Positions 1 through 10,395 of a DNA stretch of 64,000 nucleotides are shown here, one piece after another. The stretch is taken from positions 7,269-71,268 of the forward strand of contig DASPLQ010000012.1 in the NCBI GenBank assembly GCA_035627515.1, written 5' to 3'. The notes under the pieces were generated by a model that saw nothing but the letters and a program-made list of their open reading frames with translations, was not told where the DNA came from and made no database searches. Numbering within the stretch: position 1 is the first letter of the stretch; every line of letters begins with the position of its first letter. The DNA is from Vitreimonas sp. Lineage in GTDB: Bacteria > Patescibacteriota > Microgenomatia > UBA1400 > PJMF01. Position numbers and translations under genes: made by a program.

Positions 1-1
1 A

Positions 2-1045
2 GCCATCCAAGAAGCTCAGCAACGCTTAGCCAAAATTCAACAAGACCAATCAATTCTCAAAGAAGAAGTCACCGAAGAAGATATCGCTCGTGTCATTTCC
101 CGCTGGACCGGGATACCCACTCAAAAGATGTTGTCTGCTGAAAGTGACAAGCTACTTCAATTGGAGAAAGAGCTCGGAAAACGCGTCATCGGACAAAAAA
201 CAGCTATTACTGCTGTAGCCAACGCAGTTCGCCGCAGTCGGGCTGGCATTCAGGAAGTGAATCGCCCGATTGGTTCGTTTATCTTTTTAGGGCCCACGGG
301 GGTGGGGAAGACAGAGCTGGCGAAAGCTCTTGCTGAGTTCTTATTTAATGATGAAAAATTACTGATCAGAATCGACATGAGCGAGTACATGGAAAAACAT
401 TCTGTAGCCCGGTTGATTGGTTCACCACCGGGGTATGTGGGATATGAAGAAGGAGGACAACTCACCGAGGCAGTCCGGCGCCATCCTTACAGCGTGATTT
501 TGTTTGATGAAATCGAAAAGGCTCATGGCGATGTTTTTAATGTCTTGTTACAAATTCTCGATGATGGCCGGTTGACCGATAGTAAGGGTCGCACTGTTAA
601 TTTTAAAAATACCTTGATCATCATGACTTCTAACCTCGGCAGTGATTTGATTATGATGCATGCCGGCAAGCCAGAAGAGCAACGCATAGCCTTAGAAACT
701 GTGCTAAACCAAACCTTTAGACCAGAGTTCTTAAATCGTGTGGATGAAACTATTATCTTCCAACCACTAAATCCAGAAGAAATTCGAGAAATTGTGTCAC
801 TTCAAATCGCTGAAGTAGCCAAACGTCTGGCTCAAAAAAATATTCAACTGGAAGTTTCTCAATCGTTGATCGACCACTTTGCCACCACCGGGTATGACTT
901 AGTCTTTGGCGCTCGCCCCCTCAAACGTTTAATCCAAAACACGCTCTTGAATGAGCTTTCTAAAGATATCATCGAAGGCAAAATCAAAGATGGCGATGCG
1001 ATCAAAGTTGAGTGGGATGGGAAAAAGATGACCATTCTGACTTAA
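2..1045 (+). CDS. clpB: ClpB chaperone, C-terminal AAA+ D2 module (5' end lies outside the window)
   Basis: The frame is open from base 2 ([13 protein letters not shown]...[25 protein letters not shown]), so the M at 128 is internal. It has Walker [10 protein letters not shown], sensor motifs, and the ClpB C-terminal small domain. Confidence 0.85.
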   Translation, partial: AIQEAQQRLAKIQQDQSILKEEVTEEDIARVISRWTGIPTQKMLSAESDKLLQLEKELGKRVIGQKTAITAVANAVRRSRAGIQEVNRPIGSFIFLGPTGVGKTELAKALAEFLFNDEKLLIRIDMSEYMEKHSVARLIGSPPGYVGYEEGGQLTEAVRRHPYSVILFDEIEKAHGDVFNVLLQILDDGRLTDSKGRTVNFKNTLIIMTSNLGSDLIMMHAGKPEEQRIALETVLNQTFRPEFLNRVDETIIFQPLNPEEIREIVSLQIAEVAKRLAQKNIQLEVSQSLIDHFATTGYDLVFGARPLKRLIQNTLLNELSKDIIEGKIKDGDAIKVEWDGKKMTILT

Positions 1046-1210
1046 ACCCATTTTCCCAGTTTGTATGATTTTTGCCAATATTCATACAAGCAAGAGAATT
1101 TTCTATTTTCCACAGTTCTTATTTCGCATTATTTAAATTAACTTTCCGCTGCTTGCTTCTCAATAACTCTGGCTTAGAATATCTTCTAGAATTCTGCCTA
1201 GAAGGAAGCT

Positions 1211-2035
1211 ATGGTAACTCACATTGAAAAGAGAATACAGTCCGTAGAAAAAAACCTAAAGACAGCTGTTGGGTCAGAAAAAATATTCTTACTAAGTTTT
1301 TTAACCAGATTACAATCTGCCGCTGATGCGAGAAGTTATAAAGACGGTCAATTAAAAGACTTAACCCTTAAGCGTGGCCAAGCTATTCCAGACGAAATGA
1401 TTGAAAAGGCTCCCAAATTAAAGCTTACCCCCACCAAATTAATTCCTGCTCTAGAAGCTCACGCTCATAATTTTGTGGAAAGAAATAAAAATCGACACAG
1501 TTTTTATCCCCTTTTTCTCAATTTCATTGATAAACTCTCTGAAATTACAGGAAAAGATCATCCTTACCATTATTTGCTGGCAAAGACTGATGTTAATATG
1601 CGACACTTTGTTAAAACATGGGAGCAGCGTTATAAAACTAACCCCAATCTTGATACACAGATGAAGGGTTTAATAAGCGGCCAAAATAATGATCCGTGCA
1701 TTGAGATAGATGGGGAAAGATATGCTAGGCTTTTATTAGCTGATGACATTAACGTCGATTCTCCATATGGCCAGGGCATGTTAAATCGAATTATTGCCAT
1801 GTTATCTATCGAAGATAATAAGCAGGACACTTATGAATCTATTGAAGCCAAATACTCAGATCCTCCTTATTTACCGAGCACATTTGCTAATTGCTTATTC
1901 CAGGTCAAGCTAGGCTGGGAAGGAAAAAGCAAACGGATGCTTACACTGTTTGTGCCGGCAAAATCATTGGAAGATATGTTTAACTCTGCTAAACAACCAC
2001 TCGTTGAAGAAAAAACTCAAAAAGCTACAGTTTAG
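1211..2035 (+). CDS. hypothetical protein (274 aa)
   Basis: Long ORF with AGGAAG 5 nt upstream of the ATG. No recognisable motif. Confidence 0.5.
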   Translation: MVTHIEKRIQSVEKNLKTAVGSEKIFLLSFLTRLQSAADARSYKDGQLKDLTLKRGQAIPDEMIEKAPKLKLTPTKLIPALEAHAHNFVERNKNRHSFYPLFLNFIDKLSEITGKDHPYHYLLAKTDVNMRHFVKTWEQRYKTNPNLDTQMKGLISGQNNDPCIEIDGERYARLLLADDINVDSPYGQGMLNRIIAMLSIEDNKQDTYESIEAKYSDPPYLPSTFANCLFQVKLGWEGKSKRMLTLFVPAKSLEDMFNSAKQPLVEEKTQKATV

Positions 2036-2065
2036 TAAAGAAAACTCTGTTAATATGTCGTTAAC

Positions 2066-2290
2066 ATGGTCAAACCTCTCTATACAAAACTAAATAAAAG
2101 CCAAGTTCTAAAATTAGCTGACCTTGCTTTTGACCTGAGCAAAGCCTTGCTAATTGCTTCCTTATTAACCCCAATATTAGTGGACAGCTGGCAATTACTT
2201 ACTGCACTGCGAGCCTTTTTATTAGGAATTGGGGCTTTAATTTATGGCCTAAAATTATTAGAATGTAATAGAATTAGAAAGTTTTTATGA
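2066..2290 (+). CDS. small hydrophobic protein (74 aa, 2 predicted TM segments)
   Basis: ORF with hydrophobic stretches LLIASLLTPILV and LGIGALIYGL. Confidence 0.35.
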   Translation: MVKPLYTKLNKSQVLKLADLAFDLSKALLIASLLTPILVDSWQLLTALRAFLLGIGALIYGLKLLECNRIRKFL

Positions 2291-2424
2291 CAGTCACAGA
2301 ATTTTTAAATAGTTGGTATACCTTTCTAGCCATTATGTTGTTAGTAGCAGGCATTATTCTTTTTGGTGGTTTAACAGAAGTGGAAGATAAACCAAAAAGT
2401 AAAAAGCCTCATCAGCCTCAGTAA
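2287..2424 (+). CDS. small membrane peptide (45 aa), overlaps the upstream stop by ATGA
   Basis: ATG at 2287 overlaps the TGA of the previous ORF at 2288-2290. It encodes MTVTEFLNSWYTFLAIMLLVAGIILFGGLTEVEDKPKSKKPHQPQ, a single TM segment plus a basic tail. It is below the 60-aa ORF-track threshold. Confidence 0.25.
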   Translation: MTVTEFLNSWYTFLAIMLLVAGIILFGGLTEVEDKPKSKKPHQPQ

Positions 2425-2484
2425 TTTCCTCTGCTGCAAGTTTGAACGGAATGTGTTAAAATTTTGCTCTGTTGGTTTTAAGAT

Positions 2485-2558
2485 GGGTGTATAGCTCAGA
2501 TGGTTAGAGCGCAGTCCTGATAAGACTGAGGTCCTACGTTCGATTCGTAGTACACCCA
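2485..2558 (+). tRNA. tRNA-Ile (anticodon GAT)
   Basis: The cloverleaf was read directly: acceptor GGGTGTA/TACACCC, D arm AGCTCAGATGGTTAGAGC, anticodon loop CT-GAT-AA, T arm GGTCCTACGTTCGATTCGTAGGAC-like, discriminator A, then CC. Confidence 0.85.
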
Positions 2559-2591
2559 CCCTGCTTCACTCTCCTCAATTTCTCGTTTTAT

Positions 2592-2879
2592 TTGTTTATG
2601 ACTGATACTCATTCACCTTTATTCACCATCTACACCACCACTTGGTGCGGCGACTGCTGGCGCATTAAACTATGGTTACAAGCCAATAATTACCTCGAGG
2701 GCAAAGCTTTTCAAGAAATTAACATCGAAGACGATGAAGTGGCAGCCGAGAAGGTGATAGAGATTAATAATGGGTATCGCTCTGTACCTACGTTGGTATT
2801 TAACGATGGTAGTACCCTCACTGAACCAAGTGTAATGGAGTTAGAAAAAAAACTAGCCACCTTGGCAAAATCCACGTAA
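2592..2879 (+). CDS. glutaredoxin-like thioredoxin-fold protein (CxxC = WCGDCW)
   Basis: 95 aa. It has TIYTTTWCGDCW active-site-like CxxC, a later ...YRSVPTLVF motif, and the glutaredoxin/NrdH-like size. Confidence 0.55.
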   Translation: MFMTDTHSPLFTIYTTTWCGDCWRIKLWLQANNYLEGKAFQEINIEDDEVAAEKVIEINNGYRSVPTLVFNDGSTLTEPSVMELEKKLATLAKST

Positions 2880-2962
2880 CCCAAAGCTGTTCTCTTGATA
2901 TTCGGTAGCACATCTGATTCCCACTTGCCAATTAGCAGTCAAACAGCTAGAATGCTAATCGT

Positions 2963-5554
2963 ATGATTGATGATCAACAAAAACCCAACCAACCTGACAC
3001 ACCTGAAACTGCTAACAATCCTCAAGATAATAAAGCTGAGACACAGCAGGAACAGATCATTTTTAGTCCAGAACACAAAGCCCAAAAACAAACCGAGTCT
3101 GCCACTCAAAGTGAGGCCAAGGTGCACACTACTCCCAAAGCCGCTGCTGAACCTAAAGCGAGTACTGAAAAGGCCAGTACTGAGAATGAGACCGATCAAC
3201 CTCTCAAGGCCTTAACTCCTGCTAATCAGTTGGTATTACCAGTGGTGCCTATTCGCGAAGGCGTGCTCTTTCCTAGTACCGAATCTGTTTTAACCTTCGG
3301 TCGTGACATTTCCGTCAATGCCATTCAAGAATCCCTCAAAACTCAAAACATGGTGGTACTGGTCACTCAGCGCAAAGCTTCAGTCAATAACCCTGAACCT
3401 TCAGATTTATATACCATTGCGACGCTAGCAGTGGTCGAGCGGACCCTCAATACTGACGACCAAGTCAATGCTTTAGTCCGTGGCGTGGGGCGGGTAGAGA
3501 TTATTCGCTACATCAAAACCAATCCCAACTTAGTAGCACAAGTCATCAAGATAGAGGACACAAACACCCGCGATGAAGAGCAACGTGCCTTAGCTAACCA
3601 TCTCCAAAAAGAGTTTCGCCGCGCCATTCACATGGGCAAACCTGTGGAGTTTTTAAACTTCATGAAATTAATGAGCGGCGTCACAGATGGCGAACTGGTG
3701 GACCAAATCGCAAGTACACTCAACGTCAAAACCAAAGAGAAACAACACATCTTAGAAACGCTCGATGTCAAAGAGCGAATGCGGATGGTGATTGAACACC
3801 TCAATCGTGAGCTGAAGGTCATGGAGATTGAAAAAGACGTGGTCCATAAGACTCAAGCTAAGTTTGACAAACACATGCGGGAAAATGTCTTGCGCGAGCG
3901 TTTGAAAACAATTCAAAAAGAGTTAGGGGAACTCGATGATGATGAAGAAGTGATTGGTGAGTATGAGCAAAAACTCAAGAAAACCAAGTTTCCCGCCGAA
4001 GTCAAAGACAAAGTCGCTAAAGAAATTCGCCGTCTCAAACAAATGTCGGTTAATAATCCTGAAGCCGGCTACATTCGCAGCTGGTTAGATACGATATTTG
4101 AGTTGCCGTGGGGTATCTATGCCGATGACACAGTTAATTTAGACACCGCTGAAAGTGTCCTTCACAAAAATCACTATGGCTTGAAAGACGTCAAAGATCG
4201 GATTCTCGAGTTTATTGCCGTGATGCAACTCAAGCAAAAAGATCCTAAAGCTGATAAAGGCAAAAAAGTCCTGCCGACTATTTTATGTTTCGTAGGTCCT
4301 CCAGGTGTGGGTAAAACGAGTATCGGTAAATCAATTGCTGAAGCCTTGGGGCGTAAGTTCACTAAAGTTTCTTTAGGTGGCGTGCGTGATGAGGCTGAGA
4401 TTCGTGGTCACCGCCGGACCTACGTCGGAGCCATGCCTGGTCGTATCATCAGCGGTATCAAACAAGCTAAAAGCAGCAATCCTGTCTTTATGCTTGATGA
4501 AATTGATAAGCTGGGAACTGATTTCCGCGGTGATCCGTCAGCCGCGTTATTGGAAGCCCTTGATCCAGAACAAAACCATACCTTTGAAGATCATTACTTA
4601 GACGTCCCCTATGATTTGTCACAAGTAGTGTTTATCACCACCGCTAATACGCTGGAAACTATTCCACCTGCCTTACGCGATCGGTTGGAGATCATTCGGT
4701 ATGCTGGCTACACGGCTGACGAAAAGTTTCATATTGGTAAAGAATACTTAGTGCCCAAAGTCACTACATCCAATGCCATTCCCGCCGAAGCCGTGGTTGT
4801 CAGTGATGACATTTTAAAAACAATTATTGATCGTTACACTAAAGAAGCGGGAGTACGGTCGCTGGAGCGTAATTTGAGCAAAGTGATGCGCAAAGCCGCC
4901 CGCGAAATTGTCCATGATCATGAAGCAACCAAAATCATGATCGATATAAAAAAACTCCAAGATTACTTGGGCCCTGAAGAATATGATGTCACCTTGACCG
5001 AGCTTGATGATCAGGTGGGGTTGGCAACGGGCTTGGCTTGGACCTCGGTGGGAGGGGATGTCTTGTTCATTGAAGTCGCTTTGACTCCCGGCAAAGGTCA
5101 AGTTAAGTTGACTGGCAAACTGGGTGACGTGATGAAAGAGTCTGCTCAAGCGGCACTGACATTTGTCAAAGCCAATGCTTCTAAGCTTGGTATTAAATCG
5201 AGTGTAATTAACAAAACTGACATCCACATCCACGTGCCCGAGGGCGCTGTACCCAAGGATGGTCCCTCAGCTGGTATTACCATGACCACGGCAATTGTGT
5301 CAGCATTTACTCAAAAACCAGTCAAGCGCGAAGTGGCCATGACCGGTGAGGTTACCCTCCGAGGCCGTGTTTTGCGTATTGGCGGTTTGAAAGAGAAGAG
5401 TATTGCTGCTCACCGAGCCGGTAGCCAAATTGTCTTAATTCCTAAAGATAATGAACGAGACTTAGTTGAAGTGCCAGACAGTGTCAAAAAGGACATTACC
5501 TTCAAACCGGTAGCTCATATGGATGAAGTGTTGAAGTTAGCGCTAAAAAACTAA
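2963..5554 (+). CDS. lon: ATP-dependent Lon protease with an ~90-aa low-complexity N-terminal extension
   Basis: It has the LON N-domain (LPVVPIREGVLFP), Walker A GPPGVGKTS, and the catalytic serine motif KDGPSAG. Confidence 0.9.
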   Translation: MIDDQQKPNQPDTPETANNPQDNKAETQQEQIIFSPEHKAQKQTESATQSEAKVHTTPKAAAEPKASTEKASTENETDQPLKALTPANQLVLPVVPIREGVLFPSTESVLTFGRDISVNAIQESLKTQNMVVLVTQRKASVNNPEPSDLYTIATLAVVERTLNTDDQVNALVRGVGRVEIIRYIKTNPNLVAQVIKIEDTNTRDEEQRALANHLQKEFRRAIHMGKPVEFLNFMKLMSGVTDGELVDQIASTLNVKTKEKQHILETLDVKERMRMVIEHLNRELKVMEIEKDVVHKTQAKFDKHMRENVLRERLKTIQKELGELDDDEEVIGEYEQKLKKTKFPAEVKDKVAKEIRRLKQMSVNNPEAGYIRSWLDTIFELPWGIYADDTVNLDTAESVLHKNHYGLKDVKDRILEFIAVMQLKQKDPKADKGKKVLPTILCFVGPPGVGKTSIGKSIAEALGRKFTKVSLGGVRDEAEIRGHRRTYVGAMPGRIISGIKQAKSSNPVFMLDEIDKLGTDFRGDPSAALLEALDPEQNHTFEDHYLDVPYDLSQVVFITTANTLETIPPALRDRLEIIRYAGYTADEKFHIGKEYLVPKVTTSNAIPAEAVVVSDDILKTIIDRYTKEAGVRSLERNLSKVMRKAAREIVHDHEATKIMIDIKKLQDYLGPEEYDVTLTELDDQVGLATGLAWTSVGGDVLFIEVALTPGKGQVKLTGKLGDVMKESAQAALTFVKANASKLGIKSSVINKTDIHIHVPEGAVPKDGPSAGITMTTAIVSAFTQKPVKREVAMTGEVTLRGRVLRIGGLKEKSIAAHRAGSQIVLIPKDNERDLVEVPDSVKKDITFKPVAHMDEVLKLALKN

Positions 5555-5612
5555 ACCTAAGCTTCATACTCTCTAGCTGGCATCACCCAACCTAACCTGG
5601 TACACTTGAGGA

Positions 5613-6545
5613 ATGCGAAAATATGTGTCACTCGTGTTAATCGTGGTGGCGAGTTGCTTTTTGTCAGCGTGTAATCCCCTGGATGTTAAAAAAAAAGCCG
5701 GGTTGTACGTTTTGACTAACGATATCCCGAGTTCGCTCTTTCTAGATGGGCAATACTTAGATAAAACGCCCTTTATTGATAAAAATATTAAACCGGGAAC
5801 CTATACTCTCCGCATCCAGCCTGAGGATGCTAGCCTCACAGCTCATGAAACAACAGTCACACTTGAAAAAGGTTTACTGACAGTAGTGATTTGGAAGCCC
5901 GGTGCCCGACCCGAACTGAGTGGTGGCGTCATGTATGAGATGAAAAAACTGAAGTCCTCTAAGGAAACCGAGGTCTCGATCGTCACCATTCCTGATGGGG
6001 GTATCGTTCGCATTGATCAACAACCTACTGATTTTGCACCTTTGTTGAAAAGTGATTTAAGCGAAGGACCTCATGAATTTGAAGTCAGTTTGCCAAGTTA
6101 TGAAACCCAGAAACACACTATTAATTTAACCGCTGGACACCGGATTAACGTCACGGTTAAACTCGCCAAAAATCCCACTCCTGGCAGTGAAACCACACCT
6201 GGTACTCCACCAGCTTCGGGTTCAGCAGCACCTACTTCTCGGACCGCACCTCCCGCTACTCCCACCAGCTTACCCATCGTAAATACACCTACCGCTACAC
6301 GCTCCGCCCGAGCCGCCACTGTCACTGGCCCCCGAGTCAAAATTCTAGCTACTAATTTTTTCCAAAATGGTGCCGAGGTTTTACGCGTCAGAAGTGCAGC
6401 TTCCAGCGCTGGAGCTGAACTTGGTTTTGCGCCTGTTGGTTCAGAGTATTCATATACCGGGGTCTCCCAAGCCGGCTGGCATCAAATTACATTCGAAGGC
6501 CAAGAGGGCTGGGTGAGTCAAAATTTTAGTGAGTTATTAAATTAA
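5613..6545 (+). CDS. lipoprotein with PEGA-like domains, a Pro/Thr-rich linker and a C-terminal SH3b-like domain
   Basis: Signal peptide plus lipobox LSAC. PEGA-like repeats (IPSSLFLDGQYLDKTPF, IPDGGIVRIDQQPTDFAPL). A PT-rich linker, then a GWHQITFEGQEGWVSQNF tail. Confidence 0.55.
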   Translation: MRKYVSLVLIVVASCFLSACNPLDVKKKAGLYVLTNDIPSSLFLDGQYLDKTPFIDKNIKPGTYTLRIQPEDASLTAHETTVTLEKGLLTVVIWKPGARPELSGGVMYEMKKLKSSKETEVSIVTIPDGGIVRIDQQPTDFAPLLKSDLSEGPHEFEVSLPSYETQKHTINLTAGHRINVTVKLAKNPTPGSETTPGTPPASGSAAPTSRTAPPATPTSLPIVNTPTATRSARAATVTGPRVKILATNFFQNGAEVLRVRSAASSAGAELGFAPVGSEYSYTGVSQAGWHQITFEGQEGWVSQNFSELLN

Positions 6546-6554
6546 GATCAGTCT

Positions 6555-8417
6555 ATGGTGGTGTGGCTCCTTCTTTCAGCTTGGCTATTAGGCATACTTA
6601 TTGCCAAGTGGTGGCTACCTGATTTTTCTGGGCTAGCTAAGATCACCATTGGACACGTTTTAGGTGTCATTATTGTCAGCTGGCTGACATTGTTAAGTGT
6701 GGCGTGTTGTGGCTATTCCGGGGGTATTTACCTGGCGGCAACTGTCCAGACACTGATCTTGATCGGGTGGGGGAGCTACACAATCCGGACCTGGCACCAA
6801 AGTCGACAGTCACAGCTAAAACTTAAAAAAGTGTGGTCCAAACTTGACGCCTCGCTAATCTCCTTCACTCTCTTTTGGAGCCTGATCCTGGTACCCCTGT
6901 TTGTGACCCGGATGTTTTTGGTGAGAGCCGATGGTTGGTACTCGGGAGGGGGAAGCTGGGCAGATCTGGCTTTACACAGCACCCAGATTTCCTTTTTTGC
7001 ACAGCAATCGACGTTGGATCTTCGTAACCCCATTTTTGTGACCTCAAACCTAACGTATCCTTTTTTAATTAATTTTTATACAAGTCTTTGGGTGCGAGCG
7101 GGCTTGACTCTACCTAGCTCGTTATTGTTAAGTGGTCTTAGCTTAGTCCTGAGTTTAATCATTATTTTTCACGAAGTTTTACGTAAAGTCTTAAAATCTG
7201 CCACGCCAGTCTGGCTGTGGAGTTTATTATTTTTTTTCAATGGCGGGTTGGGGTGGTTGAGTGTTTTTTCTGGTCAAGAAAGTGTGGTGACGCGTGACGT
7301 TACTAACTGGTCTGAACATGGTTATTACTGGACAAATATCATCACTACGTATCTTCTACCTCAACGTGGTTGGTTAATTGGTTTGCCACTATATGGCTTG
7401 TGTCTGTGGGCATGGTGGGAGGTCTGGCATAAACCTGCCACTCAACAGCGTCAGCTACTAATAATGGCGGCGTTGATTGGGAGCTTACCGCTGTTTCATT
7501 TTCACACATTTTTAGTTTTGATCGGCCTCAGCATCGGTTTAGGAAGCTGCTTATGGTGGCAGCGAAAAATCTCACCTTCTGTAGCAGGAGGAGCGGGGCT
7601 GATCATAGTAATGTTGAGCGTTCCACAACTGTGGTGGCAACTCACTCAAGGTGGCTCAACCCATTTTGTGTCATGGCACCCAGGCTGGCTGGTGGAGGAG
7701 GAGGGCTTACTGTGGTTTTGGTTGAAAAATGTCGGAGTATTTTTACCCATTTTGGGCCTAGCAACAGGGTGGCTCTTTTTACGGTCTAAAAACAGTTTTT
7801 GGCAAGCAACAATGAGTCTATCTCTGATTAGTTTTATGATCGTGAATCTGATTAGTTTGCAACCTTATTTGTGGGATAACATGAAAATCATGCTCCTAAA
7901 CTATGCACTCTTCTGCGCGGTTTGTAGCCTTTACTTAGCAGATAGCTGGGCTACTAAACCGTGGGCGAAAGGAGTGGTACCGTTTATTGTAATCATGTGT
8001 TGCCTGAGTGGAGTAATGTCTGTCCTCCATGAGAGCCGAACGCAGTGGCAAATCGCCTCACCACTAGAACTAGAAGTAGCTACGCTGATTAAAACACACA
8101 CGCCGCCAGGGAGTACTTTCCTCATTGCCCCCAGTCATAAACATCTAGTGCCAATGATAGCAGGGCGACCAGTAGTGATGGGGTACCCGGGGTGGTTGTG
8201 GACCCACGGCTACGAGTATCAGAACATCGAAAAAGATGTGGCTACAATGTATCAAGGTGAGAAAAACGCCTCACAACTACTTCACACGTATGGTGTACAG
8301 TATATTTTTGTGGGGCCAGATGAGAAGAATGCATGGAAAGTAAATGAAGGATTTTTAAATGCTCAGTTTCCTGTTATTGTAGAACACGGCCAGTATCGAA
8401 TTTACCAAGTATTATGA
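6555..8417 (+). CDS. polytopic integral membrane protein (620 aa), possible glycosyltransferase or oligosaccharyl-transferase-like
   Basis: More than 12 hydrophobic segments. The stop overlaps the start of the next gene by 4 nt. Function is inferred only from the architecture. Confidence 0.5.
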   Translation: MVVWLLLSAWLLGILIAKWWLPDFSGLAKITIGHVLGVIIVSWLTLLSVACCGYSGGIYLAATVQTLILIGWGSYTIRTWHQSRQSQLKLKKVWSKLDASLISFTLFWSLILVPLFVTRMFLVRADGWYSGGGSWADLALHSTQISFFAQQSTLDLRNPIFVTSNLTYPFLINFYTSLWVRAGLTLPSSLLLSGLSLVLSLIIIFHEVLRKVLKSATPVWLWSLLFFFNGGLGWLSVFSGQESVVTRDVTNWSEHGYYWTNIITTYLLPQRGWLIGLPLYGLCLWAWWEVWHKPATQQRQLLIMAALIGSLPLFHFHTFLVLIGLSIGLGSCLWWQRKISPSVAGGAGLIIVMLSVPQLWWQLTQGGSTHFVSWHPGWLVEEEGLLWFWLKNVGVFLPILGLATGWLFLRSKNSFWQATMSLSLISFMIVNLISLQPYLWDNMKIMLLNYALFCAVCSLYLADSWATKPWAKGVVPFIVIMCCLSGVMSVLHESRTQWQIASPLELEVATLIKTHTPPGSTFLIAPSHKHLVPMIAGRPVVMGYPGWLWTHGYEYQNIEKDVATMYQGEKNASQLLHTYGVQYIFVGPDEKNAWKVNEGFLNAQFPVIVEHGQYRIYQVL

Positions 8418-9679
8418 AAAAAAAGCTTCCTCCCACTCCCAGTATTAGCGCCACTCTCATGACTCGCCTCAGTCTATGGACCTTTGCTTTAGGAATGACG
8501 GCTATCACGCTGTTTGGCTTTCATTATGCCTGGAAATTTCACATGATGGTGGATGGCTATTTTGCTTTTTATGACCGAGCCGAGTACTTTCTAAAACATG
8601 GCAACTTAACCAATGTGCCCTTTAATGAATACCAACCGGGCGCTATTTTTTACTTTGTTTTTTTATCACCTGTTCTCCTGCTCGATAATACTCGCGATAC
8701 TTTTTTATTAGCCTTGGTGATGAGTAATATTTTATTATTACTCGGCTATGCCTGGTGGCTCTATAAATCTGTTCATCCTGTAGCGGTTTTTATTTTAGGT
8801 TTGCTGTTGTGGTGTGGCGGGCCCTTAATTTTATATCGCTTCGAGTTGTACTGTCATTTAATTGTACTAGCGGGTGTAATGCTGAATTACCAGGGCAAGC
8901 GAGGGTGGGGAGAGTACTTTTTAGGCTTGGCCACAGCCATCAAAGTCTATCCTGTGTTATTACTCCCGCTCTTTTTACGCTCAGCGTTGCTGACCAAAAA
9001 ACCAGTGGAAGTAGCTGCACGGCTAACAGGTTTTGGGTTGGGAATATTGACAGTGGTAATTGCGTATGTAAACGTTTTCCAAGTTCCTTTTGCTGATGTC
9101 TGGAAAAACGTGATTGTTCACTCAGATAAACCAGTCCATATCGAAAGTCTGAGCGGCTCGCTGACGACACTAGTCACGTATATTTCAGGAGAACAGCCTG
9201 GGCTTCATAGTTATTTGATTCACGGGGTAGCTACGCGTGAACTCCTGGTTCCCAAATGGATTTACACCTATCTATGGTTACTGCCGTTGGGAGTAGTCTA
9301 TGGCTGGCTTTTTTATCGCCAGCGCCGATTACCTCAACCATTGCTCTTAGAGTACGTGGGCGTCCTGGCTGTATTTTTAGCGTTTGCCAGTCAAATGGGC
9401 CCTCAATATATTTATTGGTATGCCTTGTTTCTACCCTTATTGGGACAACAGGTGTGGGAAAATCCTCAGCGGTATGGAAGAATGTTTTTTTGGCTTTGTT
9501 TTACGCTGGTTGTCACGCAAGCTGTTTTTCCACTTTATTACAGTGATCTATTGAACTTTTATGCTGATAAACAGCGCCTGACACCCTTTTATTTATTGCT
9601 GATTCGCAACTTGGGAGTAGCCTTGACCACCTATCAGTTACTTAAGCTGTTGTGGCTGCAGCCGTCACCAAAGCGCTAA
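8414..9679 (+). CDS. polytopic integral membrane protein (421 aa), GT-C / DUF2029-like candidate
   Basis: Multiple TM helices, and translationally coupled to the upstream membrane protein by an ATGA overlap. Confidence 0.5.
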   Translation: MKKKLPPTPSISATLMTRLSLWTFALGMTAITLFGFHYAWKFHMMVDGYFAFYDRAEYFLKHGNLTNVPFNEYQPGAIFYFVFLSPVLLLDNTRDTFLLALVMSNILLLLGYAWWLYKSVHPVAVFILGLLLWCGGPLILYRFELYCHLIVLAGVMLNYQGKRGWGEYFLGLATAIKVYPVLLLPLFLRSALLTKKPVEVAARLTGFGLGILTVVIAYVNVFQVPFADVWKNVIVHSDKPVHIESLSGSLTTLVTYISGEQPGLHSYLIHGVATRELLVPKWIYTYLWLLPLGVVYGWLFYRQRRLPQPLLLEYVGVLAVFLAFASQMGPQYIYWYALFLPLLGQQVWENPQRYGRMFFWLCFTLVVTQAVFPLYYSDLLNFYADKQRLTPFYLLLIRNLGVALTTYQLLKLLWLQPSPKR

Positions 9680-10337
9680 AATCTGTCGCAGCTAAAGACT
9701 TGTGGCCGACTAAAACACCATCCGTGACTGCTAAGTAACTTTGGACATTTTCCGCCGCCGCACTCCCGCCATAAATGACACGGATGTTACCAAAATACTG
9801 GCGAACTTTAGCTACCACCGGCGCTACTTCCTCGGCCGGTTGATTGCGGTCATTGCCAATAGCTTCGATTGGCTCGTACGCCACCACGCACTTAGTGAGC
9901 AACTCTTGTGGAATCGCTGCGGCTTGAGTAATTAAGTACTCATCATCTAAACACACAATCGGAGTGATACCAGCTTTGACTGCTTGCTCCACTTTATTGG
10001 CGACTTGTTGGTGCGTTTCATGGAAATATCGACGCCGTTCAGAGTGACCAACAATCGCATATTTCACTGGTAAACCCTGAAGATTTTCTGTAGCGATCGC
10101 ACCGGTGTATGAACCCGGTCCAAACGGACTTAGGTCTTGAACACCTAAACCCAGAGGTAATTTCAGCGCTGAGATGGCTTCACTGATTGGCCATAAAAGG
10201 GAACTGGGCGGTGCCAAAATCACCTGAAGAGCAGTACTGTGAGCAGAGCTCGATTTCGCATAGGCTTCTAACCAGTTTTTCGCTTCAGCTACATCTTTAT
10301 GTGATTTCCAATTGGCTACGATTAACTTGGTATTCAT
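9642..10337 (-). CDS. tpiA: triosephosphate isomerase
   Basis: MNTKLIVANWKSHK, active-site region AYEPIEAIG, and GHSERR. Start chosen at MNTK. The 3' end overlaps the convergent membrane-protein gene by 38 nt. Confidence 0.8.
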   Translation of the reverse strand: MNTKLIVANWKSHKDVAEAKNWLEAYAKSSSAHSTALQVILAPPSSLLWPISEAISALKLPLGLGVQDLSPFGPGSYTGAIATENLQGLPVKYAIVGHSERRRYFHETHQQVANKVEQAVKAGITPIVCLDDEYLITQAAAIPQELLTKCVVAYEPIEAIGNDRNQPAEEVAPVVAKVRQYFGNIRVIYGGSAAAENVQSYLAVTDGVLVGHKSLAATDFSALVTAAATTA

Positions 10338-10395
10338 ACTGCCCTCCTGATTCAATGGTACCATACCACCTTCGGATTGTGTTAGGATTATTTTT

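Noticed and set aside
250-465. Antisense ORFs inside clpB, lon, pcrA, gap, comM and other genes (for example 250-465, 3628-3822, 4814-5233, 24234-24647, 26279-26659)
   Set aside because: They are embedded opposite strongly supported protein-coding genes with clear family motifs. Long antisense ORFs are expected by chance at this GC content.
1171-1203. Repeated (T/C)TAGAA(T) hexamers, with the inverted repeat TTCTAG-N8-CTAGAA, just upstream of the 1211 ORF RBS, considered as an operator
   Set aside because: Short, AT-rich, and only a single occurrence, so not distinguishable from chance. Noted but not called.
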